Virus record (IMG/VR): IMGVR_UViG_3300037470_000374
Coordinates: 1 to 32,320 of that record
Strand: one strand, 5' to 3'
Length of the DNA: 32,320 bases
Source of the DNA: a virus
Lineage: Duplodnaviria; Caudoviricetes
This document shows positions 1-8,184 of this stretch, piece after piece. Both the position numbers and the translations under genes were made by a program. How positions within the stretch are numbered: the first letter of the stretch is position 1; each line of letters opens with the position of its first letter. Under the pieces are notes generated by a model, which made no database searches, was not told where the DNA came from, and worked only from the letters and a program-made list of their open reading frames with translations.

Positions 1-137
1 GGCCAGCAGAACAGGTAGGCCGTCTTGAGCGCGCTCGCCTTGCGCTTGTAGACTTCGGAATGACAGAGCGTGCGGCCGTTCCTGGCTTTGACGCGGAAGT
101 ACCAGCCGGTTTTTGCTCTCAGGATTTCGATGGTCAC
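1..137 (-). CDS. DUF1508/YegP (UPF0339)-like protein, 3'-truncated by the window edge
   Basis: Not in the ORF track. GTG at 137 overlaps the upstream stop (GTGA). Translates MTIEILRAKTGWYFRVKARNGRTLCHSEVYKRKASALKTAYLFCW, matching the W-x-F-x-x-KA-x-NG...SE-x-Y pattern. Confidence 0.75.
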   Translation of the reverse strand, partial: MTIEILRAKTGWYFRVKARNGRTLCHSEVYKRKASALKTAYLFCW

Positions 138-520
138 AGCAGCACCTTCAGAAGGGCGCCCGTCAGGATCACGATTGCCGTGCCCATACCCCCGATGATC
201 CAGCCGACTACTCGCTTGTCGGCTTGTTTGTCGACCGCGTGGACCCTGCCGTCCGTGGCGTTGATCCGCTCGTGGACCTTGCTGATGCTCTCCCCGAGCT
301 TGGCGAAGCCCTTTTCCATCCGGTTGCTCAGCGCTTCGAGCGTGTTTGCAACCTCGGCTCGGAAGTCGTGGCGGTTCGTCGCGGCGGCGCGGCGCTCTTC
401 AAGGCAGTCCTTTAGGTGCGCCTGGTGCTCCGCGTGCTGATTTTCGATCCGCTTTTCCAAAGCATGGATCATCGTGACGTAAGGATCAGGCATCCGTTCT
501 CCATTGGGGCGCGGACTCAT
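134..520 (-). CDS. Coiled-coil protein with a C-terminal transmembrane helix (possible holin/XhlA-like membrane protein)
   Basis: ATG at 520 overlaps the upstream stop (ATGA). 128 aa, helical, ending in hydrophobic VVGWIIGGMGTAIVILTGALLKVLL. The longer 134..922 ORF start is unlikely. Confidence 0.65.
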   Translation of the reverse strand: MSPRPNGERMPDPYVTMIHALEKRIENQHAEHQAHLKDCLEERRAAATNRHDFRAEVANTLEALSNRMEKGFAKLGESISKVHERINATDGRVHAVDKQADKRVVGWIIGGMGTAIVILTGALLKVLL

Positions 521-861
521 CGGGCCACCAGGCGGTAGCCGTGAGGCCGGCGACTGACGATCCGGTAGTTCAGGTGCTGCAATTCCGCCCGCATATGATG
601 GATGGCGACGCCGAGCGCGTTGTGTGCGTTGGACAGGTCGGCCGCGCCGTAGACCTTCAGGGCCAGCCGCTCGGTCGACACGAAATCCGGCATGGCCTTG
701 GCAAGTTCGTCCAGGATACGAATGCGCGTCGAAGCCAGCCGGATGGCCCGGCCTCCCGACAGGACCACGCCTCGATAGGCGTCGATATGAAGGGGCGCGC
801 CCACGTCGAGAGAGTGGTTGCACAGCGGGCATTTGTCGGGACACTGAACGGCCTGGATCAT
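517..861 (-). CDS. Stand-alone OmpR/PhoB-type winged-helix DNA-binding protein with N-terminal CPxC
   Basis: ...RILDELAKAMPDFVSTERLALKVYG...NALGVAIHHMRAEL...IVSRRPHGYRL matches the Trans_reg_C pattern. No receiver domain. ATG at 861 has an ATGA overlap. Confidence 0.8.
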   Translation of the reverse strand: MIQAVQCPDKCPLCNHSLDVGAPLHIDAYRGVVLSGGRAIRLASTRIRILDELAKAMPDFVSTERLALKVYGAADLSNAHNALGVAIHHMRAELQHLNYRIVSRRPHGYRLVAR

Positions 862-1166
862 CGCGACCGCCACTTGGTCCCCGCCGCCGTGAGGCAGGCG
901 ATACCCCGTTGGTTCGTGACAAGAACCGTCCAGTTGCCGGTTTTGGGGTCTACCGTGATCTCGTAGGCGTACTGACCGTCCGTCCCTACCTGACCGACTC
1001 CGATAGGGGCCTCCCCCACTTCCGCGAGGGCCTCGATCATCAGGGCCCGGTAGCCACAGGGGGGCGGGTTGGCGGTGCGATCGTCTTCATTTTGCCCATT
1101 TCCTGTGGCAGGCAATAGGCAGAGGCCCATGGAGAGGACTAGGTAAGTGGGGCCGCGAGGGGCCAT
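858..1166 (-). CDS. Small secreted/periplasmic protein with two Cys
   Basis: Strong RBS (AAGGAGG) upstream, signal-like N-terminus, C..R...GE...G-x-WT-x-LVT...G-x-AC...AG-x-x-W pattern recalled from small alphaproteobacterial exported proteins. Confidence 0.7.
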   Translation of the reverse strand: MAPRGPTYLVLSMGLCLLPATGNGQNEDDRTANPPPCGYRALMIEALAEVGEAPIGVGQVGTDGQYAYEITVDPKTGNWTVLVTNQRGIACLTAAGTKWRSR

Positions 1167-1205
1167 TGGAGCCTCCTTGTGTACGCAAGGGGTTTCGTGG
1201 AAGTG

Positions 1206-1260
1206 CCCGTAGCGTCAACTACGGGGGCGGGCGGGGCGGGTCGCGAGACTCGCCCCGTTT
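1206..1260 (+). other. Two adjacent hairpins; the second is terminator-like on the + strand
   Basis: CCCGTAG-cgtcaa-CTACGGG (1206-1225), then 12-bp stem GCGGGGCGGGTC-gcga-GACTCGCCCCGT (1231-1258) with a GNRA loop and G-U pairs that form only on +, followed by a weak T-rich tail (TTGGTT). Confidence 0.5.
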
Positions 1261-1299
1261 GGTTGTGGTAGGATGGCAGATCAACCTGAGGGGGTTGCC

Positions 1300-1410
1300 A
1301 TGCCGTACCCGGAAATGGACGCCATTCTGTTGTCCGCCATCCTCCAATTGTTTGGGGCCGTCGTTCTCGTGGTCGGACTGTTCGGACTGGCGATCTACTT
1401 GTTGTGGTGA
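1300..1410 (+). CDS. 36-aa single-pass membrane peptide, antisense to the late operon
   Basis: Below the ORF-track cutoff. MPYPEMDAILLSAILQLFGAVVLVVGLFGLAIYLLW*. RBS GAGGGGG upstream, extended -10 TGGTAGGAT at 1266-1274. Stop ends 1 nt from the tail fibre stop. Confidence 0.6.
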   Translation: MPYPEMDAILLSAILQLFGAVVLVVGLFGLAIYLLW

Positions 1411-1411
1411 G

Positions 1412-2839
1412 CTACCGCGCGTTGACGTAGATCGTGCCGGCGTCGAACGTCGCGGTGCCCGCTGTCGTTATGACCGAGAGGCGATCGAGCGTCCCCGAAA
1501 GGGTCTTGATGCCCGCCGGCCGCCACGAAACGACTGCGTCATCATCAAGCTGTCCGGAAATCGACCAGGTATTCGAGCCAAGATGGCGCAAAACAAGCGT
1601 GCCATGCACGCTCACGGCTGCGTCATAGTTGGTCGCGTCCGACAACAAGAAAGTGGAGGTGAGCGCGGTGTTTACGAACGGACCAGTGCCGCCGAGCAAA
1701 GTTGTCGTTTGGCCGATATAGTCGCTGTTCTCTAGCCCGCCCGCGTCGCCGATCTGCAAAGCCAATACTGTGTTCGCCGCGTTCTGACTCACGCCGACGA
1801 ACGTGACGACAATCTCCGTCACACCCGAGGGAATGCCGGTGAAGTCGATGGACGTGCCGCTGGTGCTGGCGGCCGAATCAGAATACGTCCATCCGGTCGC
1901 TGGTGCCGGCTGCGACAGCGCGCGCCAGCGACTCGACGTGCCGTCGTATTGCAGGACGGCCGACTGGTCAGCCCCGAGCGTGATATCATCGTCAAGCTGG
2001 AACTGGTTGGCGGCCGAGCTCGACCCGCTGCTGTCGACCAGCACGATATCGTTGCTGCCGACGTTGGTGATGACGATGATCCGCCCCGCGGCGCCGCCGG
2101 CAAGGCCCGTGATATTCCGGCTCGCGTCCGTCGACAGGCGCAGCACCGTCGCTGTGCTCAGGCCCGTCGGGTTGTAGTTGTTCTGCGAGGCCGTCAACTG
2201 CGCGGGTGAGAGCACGCCCGAGAGCGTCAGGTTCTCCGGGATGTCCGAAACGCCGTCTGCCGTCGCCAGCGTGCCAAGTTCCAGTGTCGTGCGCGCCGCC
2301 GCCGCGTCAGCACTGCCCACGAGGGTTTCGCCGAACGCGCTGGCCGCGACCTCACCCACGGGACCGGTCGAAGCAATGGGGTTGCCGTCGGCATCGAAGG
2401 CCAGGAACATGCTGGCCAGCGCCGACTTGAGCGGCAGGCGATCGATCGAGATCGCCGGGTCGCCCGGATCCAAGGCCAAGGTCCGGTTGTCGACCGTGTC
2501 GCGCAGCTGCTGCACCTGGATGGTCGCGCGGTCCAGCCCGCTCTCGACCTGCTCCGAGGGGAACGGGCCACCCGCCGGGAAGTCGATCGGTTGGGTGTTC
2601 GGCACGTCGCGCACGATCACGACCGCGAGCGTGTCGCCCGGCGCGCTGAGGAACGTCACGCTCCCGCCGCCATCATCCCCAACGCCCGAGACCGTGTAGT
2701 CGCTGCCCTCGGTCTTAAGCACGGAGTCGACATAGACCTGCAGGTCGGACGAATTGAAGATTTTATTTGTGTACGGAAATATCAGCGTGCCGCCGTCGCC
2801 CGTATAGGCCCAGCGGGAGGTCGTGCTGCTGATCGTCAT
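1412..2839 (-). CDS. Tail fibre protein with T7 gp17-like N-terminal anchor domain
   Basis: MTISSTTSRWAYTGDGGTLIFPYTNKIFNSSDLQVYV...DYTVSG...LDRATIQVQQL is the typical podovirus fibre N-terminus. Includes a DAAAARTTLELG shaft motif and a Ser/Thr/Gly-rich beta C-terminus. Confidence 0.9.
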   Translation of the reverse strand: MTISSTTSRWAYTGDGGTLIFPYTNKIFNSSDLQVYVDSVLKTEGSDYTVSGVGDDGGGSVTFLSAPGDTLAVVIVRDVPNTQPIDFPAGGPFPSEQVESGLDRATIQVQQLRDTVDNRTLALDPGDPAISIDRLPLKSALASMFLAFDADGNPIASTGPVGEVAASAFGETLVGSADAAAARTTLELGTLATADGVSDIPENLTLSGVLSPAQLTASQNNYNPTGLSTATVLRLSTDASRNITGLAGGAAGRIIVITNVGSNDIVLVDSSGSSSAANQFQLDDDITLGADQSAVLQYDGTSSRWRALSQPAPATGWTYSDSAASTSGTSIDFTGIPSGVTEIVVTFVGVSQNAANTVLALQIGDAGGLENSDYIGQTTTLLGGTGPFVNTALTSTFLLSDATNYDAAVSVHGTLVLRHLGSNTWSISGQLDDDAVVSWRPAGIKTLSGTLDRLSVITTAGTATFDAGTIYVNAR

Positions 2840-2872
2840 TTGCGGTTCCTAAAGGTTTGCGTCCCGAGGCCG

Positions 2873-2902
2873 TAGACTTTCGGCCACCGTCCGGCGTAGC
2901 CT
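2873..2902 (+). promoter_or_regulatory. Putative sigma70 promoter giving a leaderless mRNA for the lipoprotein
   Basis: TAGACT (2873-2878), 18-nt spacer, TAGCCT (2897-2902). ATG starts 7 nt after the -10 end and there is no SD. Confidence 0.45.
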
Positions 2903-2908
2903 GCCGGG

Positions 2909-3268
2909 ATGCTCAGAGTTGTGCTGCTCGTGCTGGTCTTGGCCGGCTGCGTCTCGACGCACGCCAAGTCGTTCATCGGCCGGGACGTCCGGCAGGTCAT
3001 GTTGGCCGACGGCCCGCCGGTCAACGCCTTCGATTACGGCGAGGGCCAGCGGGTGTTTCAATTCTATTGGGGCGGCGGCAGCTATTCCGTGCCGAGCCAG
3101 ACGACCGGCTCCTACGACCGATCGACCGGCTTTTTCTCGGCCTCGACCATCGGCGGCGGCGTCGTGTCGTCGCGGGGCTGTCTGGTCAACTACTTCACGC
3201 GCTGGAACGAAGGGACGAGCCAGTGGATGGTCGAAAGCGTCAGCTGGCCTGACCGCTTAGTCTGCTAG
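2909..3268 (+). CDS. Lipoprotein (moron-like, opposite strand)
   Basis: MLRVVLLVLVLAGC is a signal peptide II with a LAGC lipobox. 119 aa, converging on the ejection protein stop with a 4-nt overlap. Confidence 0.85.
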   Translation: MLRVVLLVLVLAGCVSTHAKSFIGRDVRQVMLADGPPVNAFDYGEGQRVFQFYWGGGSYSVPSQTTGSYDRSTGFFSASTIGGGVVSSRGCLVNYFTRWNEGTSQWMVESVSWPDRLVC

Positions 3269-6200
3269 CGCTGCGGGACGCCGAGCGCATCGTTCGCGCC
3301 CGCCTCCGCCGCATCGAACAGCCCCCGCATGTAGAACAGGTTCTGGTACGGCAGGAGCCGCCGCAGCGCATGGGTGTCGCTCTGCCGCCAGTCGCCGGTC
3401 GAGGCCGAGCCGGTGATCTGCACCGCGTCCTCGACCAGGCCGATGGTCGGGCCCAGGACCGCGCCCGAGAGATTGCGGCTGGCGTAGCGCGACATCTGCG
3501 GCCCGCCTACCAAGGCGTTGACCCCGAGCGTCCCGCGCGAGCCCTTCTCGAGGATGTTGTTCACGTCGAAGAACCAGCCGGTCAGGCCCGAGCGGTCGAC
3601 GCCCTCCGAGATCCAGACCGCCGGGTCGTCGGACGTCTCCCGGTTCGCGCCCCACGTCTTGAGCGCATAGACGCCCATGCCGAGGAAGACCGACAGGATG
3701 GCGCCGTTGAGCGTCGCCGCGTCCCGCTGCTGAAGCCCGGCCAGTGCCACGCGTTGTGCCGAGGCCATGCTGAAGCTCTTGAACTGGCCGATCATCTTGC
3801 CGGCCTCGCTCGACATCCAGAGCGGCCGGTCGCCGATGCCGGGCGTGACGATGATCCGGTCGACTTCCTTGCCGACGGCCGCCCGGAAGGTCGCCACCGC
3901 GCCGCGGTCCGTCCACCGTTCCGTGCCGGCGATCGCGAGCGCGCCGTCCCGTGTGCCGAAGCGGCGGAACTGTTCCGCGATCCGCCCGGCCATCTCGGCA
4001 TCGATGCCCGACATGGCCAGCCGCTCGACATCCCTGCGTCGCGCCTCACCGGCCGCGACGCCATCAACGGTATCGAGTATGCGGCTCATGGTGACGACGC
4101 CGGAGAACCGCTTGAGCACGCTGTTCCACGGGCTCATCAGGGTTACGAGGCCGAAGTTCCGCGTCATGGCCGACAGGCCGCGCTCGAAACGGGTATGGCG
4201 CCCGTAGTCGTCGCCCAGGTCGGCGAGGCTCAGCGCGCGCGTGTCCAGCACGTTGTCCCACGCCGCGCCGGCCAGCCGCACCTCATCGGCCGCCAGCCGG
4301 TAGCCGCGCAGGTTGGTCACCAGCGGCACGACGCCGGCGCGGAAGACCCGGTCGATGCCATCCACCATGACGGGCCGCGCCAGGTCGGGCAGCGCCGAGG
4401 CCGTCATGCCGCCCAGCAGGCGCTGGTAGTTCAGCTCGCGCACGACGCGCCCACCCCGCACCGCGAGGCTCCCCGGATCGGCCGGCGCCGCATAGGTGCC
4501 GCGCAACCGATCCCGCATGGCCGAGATATCGCGGACATCGGCATTGCGCCGCTTGGCCAGCCGCGTCCGCGCCGCCTCGTTCTTCGCCCGGTTGGTCATG
4601 CGGTTGTAGTCGTCGCGGATTTGTGCGATCGGCTCCCGCATGTCGGCCGAGCCGAAGCGCGCCGCGAGCTCGACGTCCGGCGCCATCGTGCGGGTGTAGA
4701 AGCGCGCCACGGTCTCGATGTCCGACTCCAGCCACGGCTCGATCATTTCGTCCGGGATGGAGAACGTCCGCTCGCGCAGCGGGCCCTTGACCAGCGGCAC
4801 CGCCTCGTAGGGCACGCGGCCATTCGGCGCCGAGGTGACGCGGTCGATGATCTGGTCTGAGATATCGGCCAATTCCTGCCGCTCGAGCCCGGCGAAGACC
4901 CGCTCCGCCTCGATCGCCCGCTCCGCTTCGAGCCGCGTTCGCTTCGCCTGATCGAAAGCCCGGATCCGGGCTTCGAACTGATCGCGCACCTCCGACAGCA
5001 CGCCCCGGAAGGTCGCCACGGCCTGCTCGGTCTCCTGTGCTCGGATGGCCGCTTTCTCCTGCCGCTCCTGCGCGCGGGTCAGCCGGCGCTCGGCAACGCG
5101 CCCCTGGAACTCGATTTCGCGCAGCCGCGCGCGCGCCGCCGGCGTCGCTTCGCGGAAGCGTGCGGCCTCTGCCGCCTCGTCGCCAGCCCGCCCGGCCGCC
5201 TCGGCCTCTTGCGCCGCCGCCAGACGCTTGACGATCTCCGCGTCCGACATCTTGCCGACGTCAATGCCCAGGCGCTGGAACTCGGCATCGAAGGCGTCGA
5301 CCGCCGCGATATTGTCCGCGGCCGCCATGTCGGCCTGCCGGATCACCGGCGCGCCGCCGAAATCGGCGCGCAGCCCTTCCAGAAACTCATCGATGTCGGG
5401 CCGCTCCGCATGGTCCGGGAAGAAGCCCTCTTCCCAGGCCCGGAGCGCCGCGTCGTCGAGGTTCATCCCGCCTTTCTTGCGCGCCAGGCCCTTCGCGGTC
5501 TTGGTCGTGATCCCCATGGCGGCCAATTCACCGCCCTGGTCCTGCAACCCGCCTTGTGCGCGCAGCCAGCCGGCCAGCGTCTGCGGCTCCTTGGGCCGGC
5601 CGCGCCGTAGCTGCCGGATCATATCGATCAGCGAATCGTTCGGGTCAGCCACCTCATCCGGCCGGAAACGTTCCAGCCGATCCTCGATTTCGCGCGCCAT
5701 CGTCTGCGCCGACCGCAATTCGCGTTCCGCCGCGGCGAAGTCGCGTGTGCTGCGCTCGCGCTGCAACACGCCCCGCCTTTCAGCCCGTCCCGCCTCGGTC
5801 ACGGCCTGCTCGCTCGTCTGAAGCTCGGGCGTCAACTTGACCTGCTCGGCCTCGGCCTTGGCCAGCCGCTCCTGGGCGGCATCGACGCGCTCCCGGGCAT
5901 CCAGTTGCGAGCCTTCCAGCCACGACGTCACGACCTCGCGGAACTCCGGCCGCTGCGCGTTGATCTTGTCCACCCGGTAGACGCGCGAGAGATACGAGAC
6001 CGCCGTCTCGACCGCCACGTCTTCCGGCAACAGCTTGGCCTCGATCGCCCGATCCTTGAGGGGGTCGAACACTTGGCTCCGCATCGACCTGGCGGCCTCG
6101 GCCACCTCCGGCACCGGGTGCGCGTCGCCGCGCCGCATCGCCTGGCCGATCGCCTCCTTGAACTCGCCGAACGTCAGGGCCGCGGGCCGGCTCACAAGGT

Positions 6201-8184
6201 CGCCCGCCATAATGGCGCGGCGCGAGCCCGTGCCGCCCGTCCGGTATTTGACGAACAGCCGGTCGACCTCCTGGATGGCCTTGCCCAATGGGGCAGTCCA
6301 CAGGCGCACGCGGCTCTCGACCGAGACGGCGCTTTTCTGCCCCAGCGCGTTCTTCTCGTAATAGAACGGGGTATCGGCCAGTTCCTGGGCCGCGCGCCGC
6401 GTCGCGATCGAGGGGCTCTGCGCCGTGCGCAGGATCGGGCTGGCGAAGCCGATGGCCTTCTCGAACCCGTAGGCCCGCTTCAGGCTTTCCTCGGCAAGGG
6501 TGGTGGTGGTTGTGGCCGCGGCGCCGACGCTGCCGGCCGGGCCGCCCGTGACTTCCGGGCCGGGGCTTACGCCGCTTCCGGCTTCGGCGCGAGGTGCGAG
6601 AACGCCTTTCCGAAGTAGTCGCTGTTCTCTCTCGCCTTTCGCCTTAGCGATTCCCGCTCGGAGGGCGTCAGCATCTCGGAAGCCGAGGATGTACCGGGCT
6701 TCGTCGGCCGTGAGGGCGGCGGGCTCGACGCCAAGCTGTTTTCTGATTTCGTCGCCATAGCGGGCCTCGATCTTCCTGACATGGGCGGTCGACGCCCCAT
6801 AATGGCCCGACCGGCTCGCATTGGCAAGGGTGACGACGCCGGCGACCCGCCCGCCCTTCGATTGGATATGGTGGGCCAGTTCGGCCATCGTCCCGCCCAT
6901 CACGCTCACGTCGTCGACCAGCACATACGCCCGGCCGGGCTCGACCGGCCCCTCGAAAATGGGCCGCGCCAGCATCCGATCCAAAGGACGGGCGCCGGTG
7001 TGGAAAGCGCGACTCGCCTGGACGATCCGGTCCTCGACCTCGGCGCCGACCTGGCGCGCGTAATAGTGCGCCAGCGCTTCCGGGATGGCATTCTGGCCCG
7101 TGGCTTCCTCGGCGATCACCGGCACATAGCGGGCATCGCGGCCGAACCGCGTGCGCGCCGCCTCGATCTGATCCGCCTTCACGAGGGCGGCAACGAGGCG
7201 CGCCGCCGCTTCGCTATCGCCGGCCTTGGCGGCCGTGTAGGACGGGTGTGCCTTCAGCGGCGCGTCGACCGTGTAGCTCGAGATCGGCGGATCGGCCGCG
7301 CGCGGCACGCTGGTCGCGCGCGGCGACACCGATAGATCGAACGAATCGCCCGCCTCTTGCGCCAGCAGATCGGCCGCCAGCTCTTCCGGCCGGATCCCGG
7401 CATAGCCGGGCCCGAGGCGGTCGCGCGATCCTTCCGGCGGCATCGCCATGTCGCGCTCGACGCCGCGCGCAACGTCGTCGAGCACCGCCCTTCCGTCCAG
7501 CGTGGCCGCCGCTGTCCGCCCCGCCCGCAGCCCTTCGGCAATCCGGGCGGCACCAGCCCCCAGGATGCCGGAGAGGAACGTGGCGGCGCTCACGTTGAGC
7601 GCGCTTTCGCCCCAGGTCCGGGTCTCCTGTGTCGCGTGCAGCGCCGCCTCGGCCGCGGTCGAGCCCAAGAGGCCGGCCCGCGCCGTCCTGTAGGCCCCGC
7701 GCAGGACCGAGCGGCCGCCGCGCGCCGCGCCCGCTGCGACGCCGCCAACGGGCACCAGGATGATCGGGTCGAACAGCCCGGCCGCGAAGCTGGCCGCGAA
7801 GCCCGCCACACCCGACTCGGCCAGCGTCTCCCGATCCGCGATCTCGCGGTCGATGCGCCGCTTGGCCGCCGCGACGTCATCGGGATTGCTCGCCCGTACG
7901 AACGCCTCGCTGAACGGCTTGTACCGATCCTCGATTCCCTCGAAAGCGTCGAAGTCCGGGTTGTGCAGTTGATCCTGTGTGCGGTGCAGATCGCGCACGA
8001 TATCGCCCAGGACGGTGCCGCCGAAGTCATTGGCGACGGCCGAGCCGATGGTGTTCTCGACCCGGAACCCCGCCGCGATGGTATCGAGCGTGGACGGCGC
8101 CTCAGGCTCTTCCAGCGCTTCAGGCAACCGCCCGACCGGGTTGACCGGCAGCGAGGCCGGGTCGCTGTCCTGCACGAACGGCAT
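3265..8184 (-). CDS. Large internal virion (ejection) protein, 1639 aa, with an embedded phosphoribosyltransferase domain
   Basis: ATG at 8184 overlaps the upstream stop (TAATG). T7 gp16-like position, Ala/Gly-rich hydrophobic N-terminal segments, coiled coils, and the PRPP-binding motif VLVDDVSVMGGT. Confidence 0.85.
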   Translation of the reverse strand: MPFVQDSDPASLPVNPVGRLPEALEEPEAPSTLDTIAAGFRVENTIGSAVANDFGGTVLGDIVRDLHRTQDQLHNPDFDAFEGIEDRYKPFSEAFVRASNPDDVAAAKRRIDREIADRETLAESGVAGFAASFAAGLFDPIILVPVGGVAAGAARGGRSVLRGAYRTARAGLLGSTAAEAALHATQETRTWGESALNVSAATFLSGILGAGAARIAEGLRAGRTAAATLDGRAVLDDVARGVERDMAMPPEGSRDRLGPGYAGIRPEELAADLLAQEAGDSFDLSVSPRATSVPRAADPPISSYTVDAPLKAHPSYTAAKAGDSEAAARLVAALVKADQIEAARTRFGRDARYVPVIAEEATGQNAIPEALAHYYARQVGAEVEDRIVQASRAFHTGARPLDRMLARPIFEGPVEPGRAYVLVDDVSVMGGTMAELAHHIQSKGGRVAGVVTLANASRSGHYGASTAHVRKIEARYGDEIRKQLGVEPAALTADEARYILGFRDADALRAGIAKAKGEREQRLLRKGVLAPRAEAGSGVSPGPEVTGGPAGSVGAAATTTTTLAEESLKRAYGFEKAIGFASPILRTAQSPSIATRRAAQELADTPFYYEKNALGQKSAVSVESRVRLWTAPLGKAIQEVDRLFVKYRTGGTGSRRAIMAGDLVSRPAALTFGEFKEAIGQAMRRGDAHPVPEVAEAARSMRSQVFDPLKDRAIEAKLLPEDVAVETAVSYLSRVYRVDKINAQRPEFREVVTSWLEGSQLDARERVDAAQERLAKAEAEQVKLTPELQTSEQAVTEAGRAERRGVLQRERSTRDFAAAERELRSAQTMAREIEDRLERFRPDEVADPNDSLIDMIRQLRRGRPKEPQTLAGWLRAQGGLQDQGGELAAMGITTKTAKGLARKKGGMNLDDAALRAWEEGFFPDHAERPDIDEFLEGLRADFGGAPVIRQADMAAADNIAAVDAFDAEFQRLGIDVGKMSDAEIVKRLAAAQEAEAAGRAGDEAAEAARFREATPAARARLREIEFQGRVAERRLTRAQERQEKAAIRAQETEQAVATFRGVLSEVRDQFEARIRAFDQAKRTRLEAERAIEAERVFAGLERQELADISDQIIDRVTSAPNGRVPYEAVPLVKGPLRERTFSIPDEMIEPWLESDIETVARFYTRTMAPDVELAARFGSADMREPIAQIRDDYNRMTNRAKNEAARTRLAKRRNADVRDISAMRDRLRGTYAAPADPGSLAVRGGRVVRELNYQRLLGGMTASALPDLARPVMVDGIDRVFRAGVVPLVTNLRGYRLAADEVRLAGAAWDNVLDTRALSLADLGDDYGRHTRFERGLSAMTRNFGLVTLMSPWNSVLKRFSGVVTMSRILDTVDGVAAGEARRRDVERLAMSGIDAEMAGRIAEQFRRFGTRDGALAIAGTERWTDRGAVATFRAAVGKEVDRIIVTPGIGDRPLWMSSEAGKMIGQFKSFSMASAQRVALAGLQQRDAATLNGAILSVFLGMGVYALKTWGANRETSDDPAVWISEGVDRSGLTGWFFDVNNILEKGSRGTLGVNALVGGPQMSRYASRNLSGAVLGPTIGLVEDAVQITGSASTGDWRQSDTHALRRLLPYQNLFYMRGLFDAAEAGANDALGVPQR

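Noticed and set aside
1412-2839. Diversity-generating retroelement target (as in BPP-1)
   Set aside because: No reverse transcriptase and no TR/VR repeat pair visible in this window.
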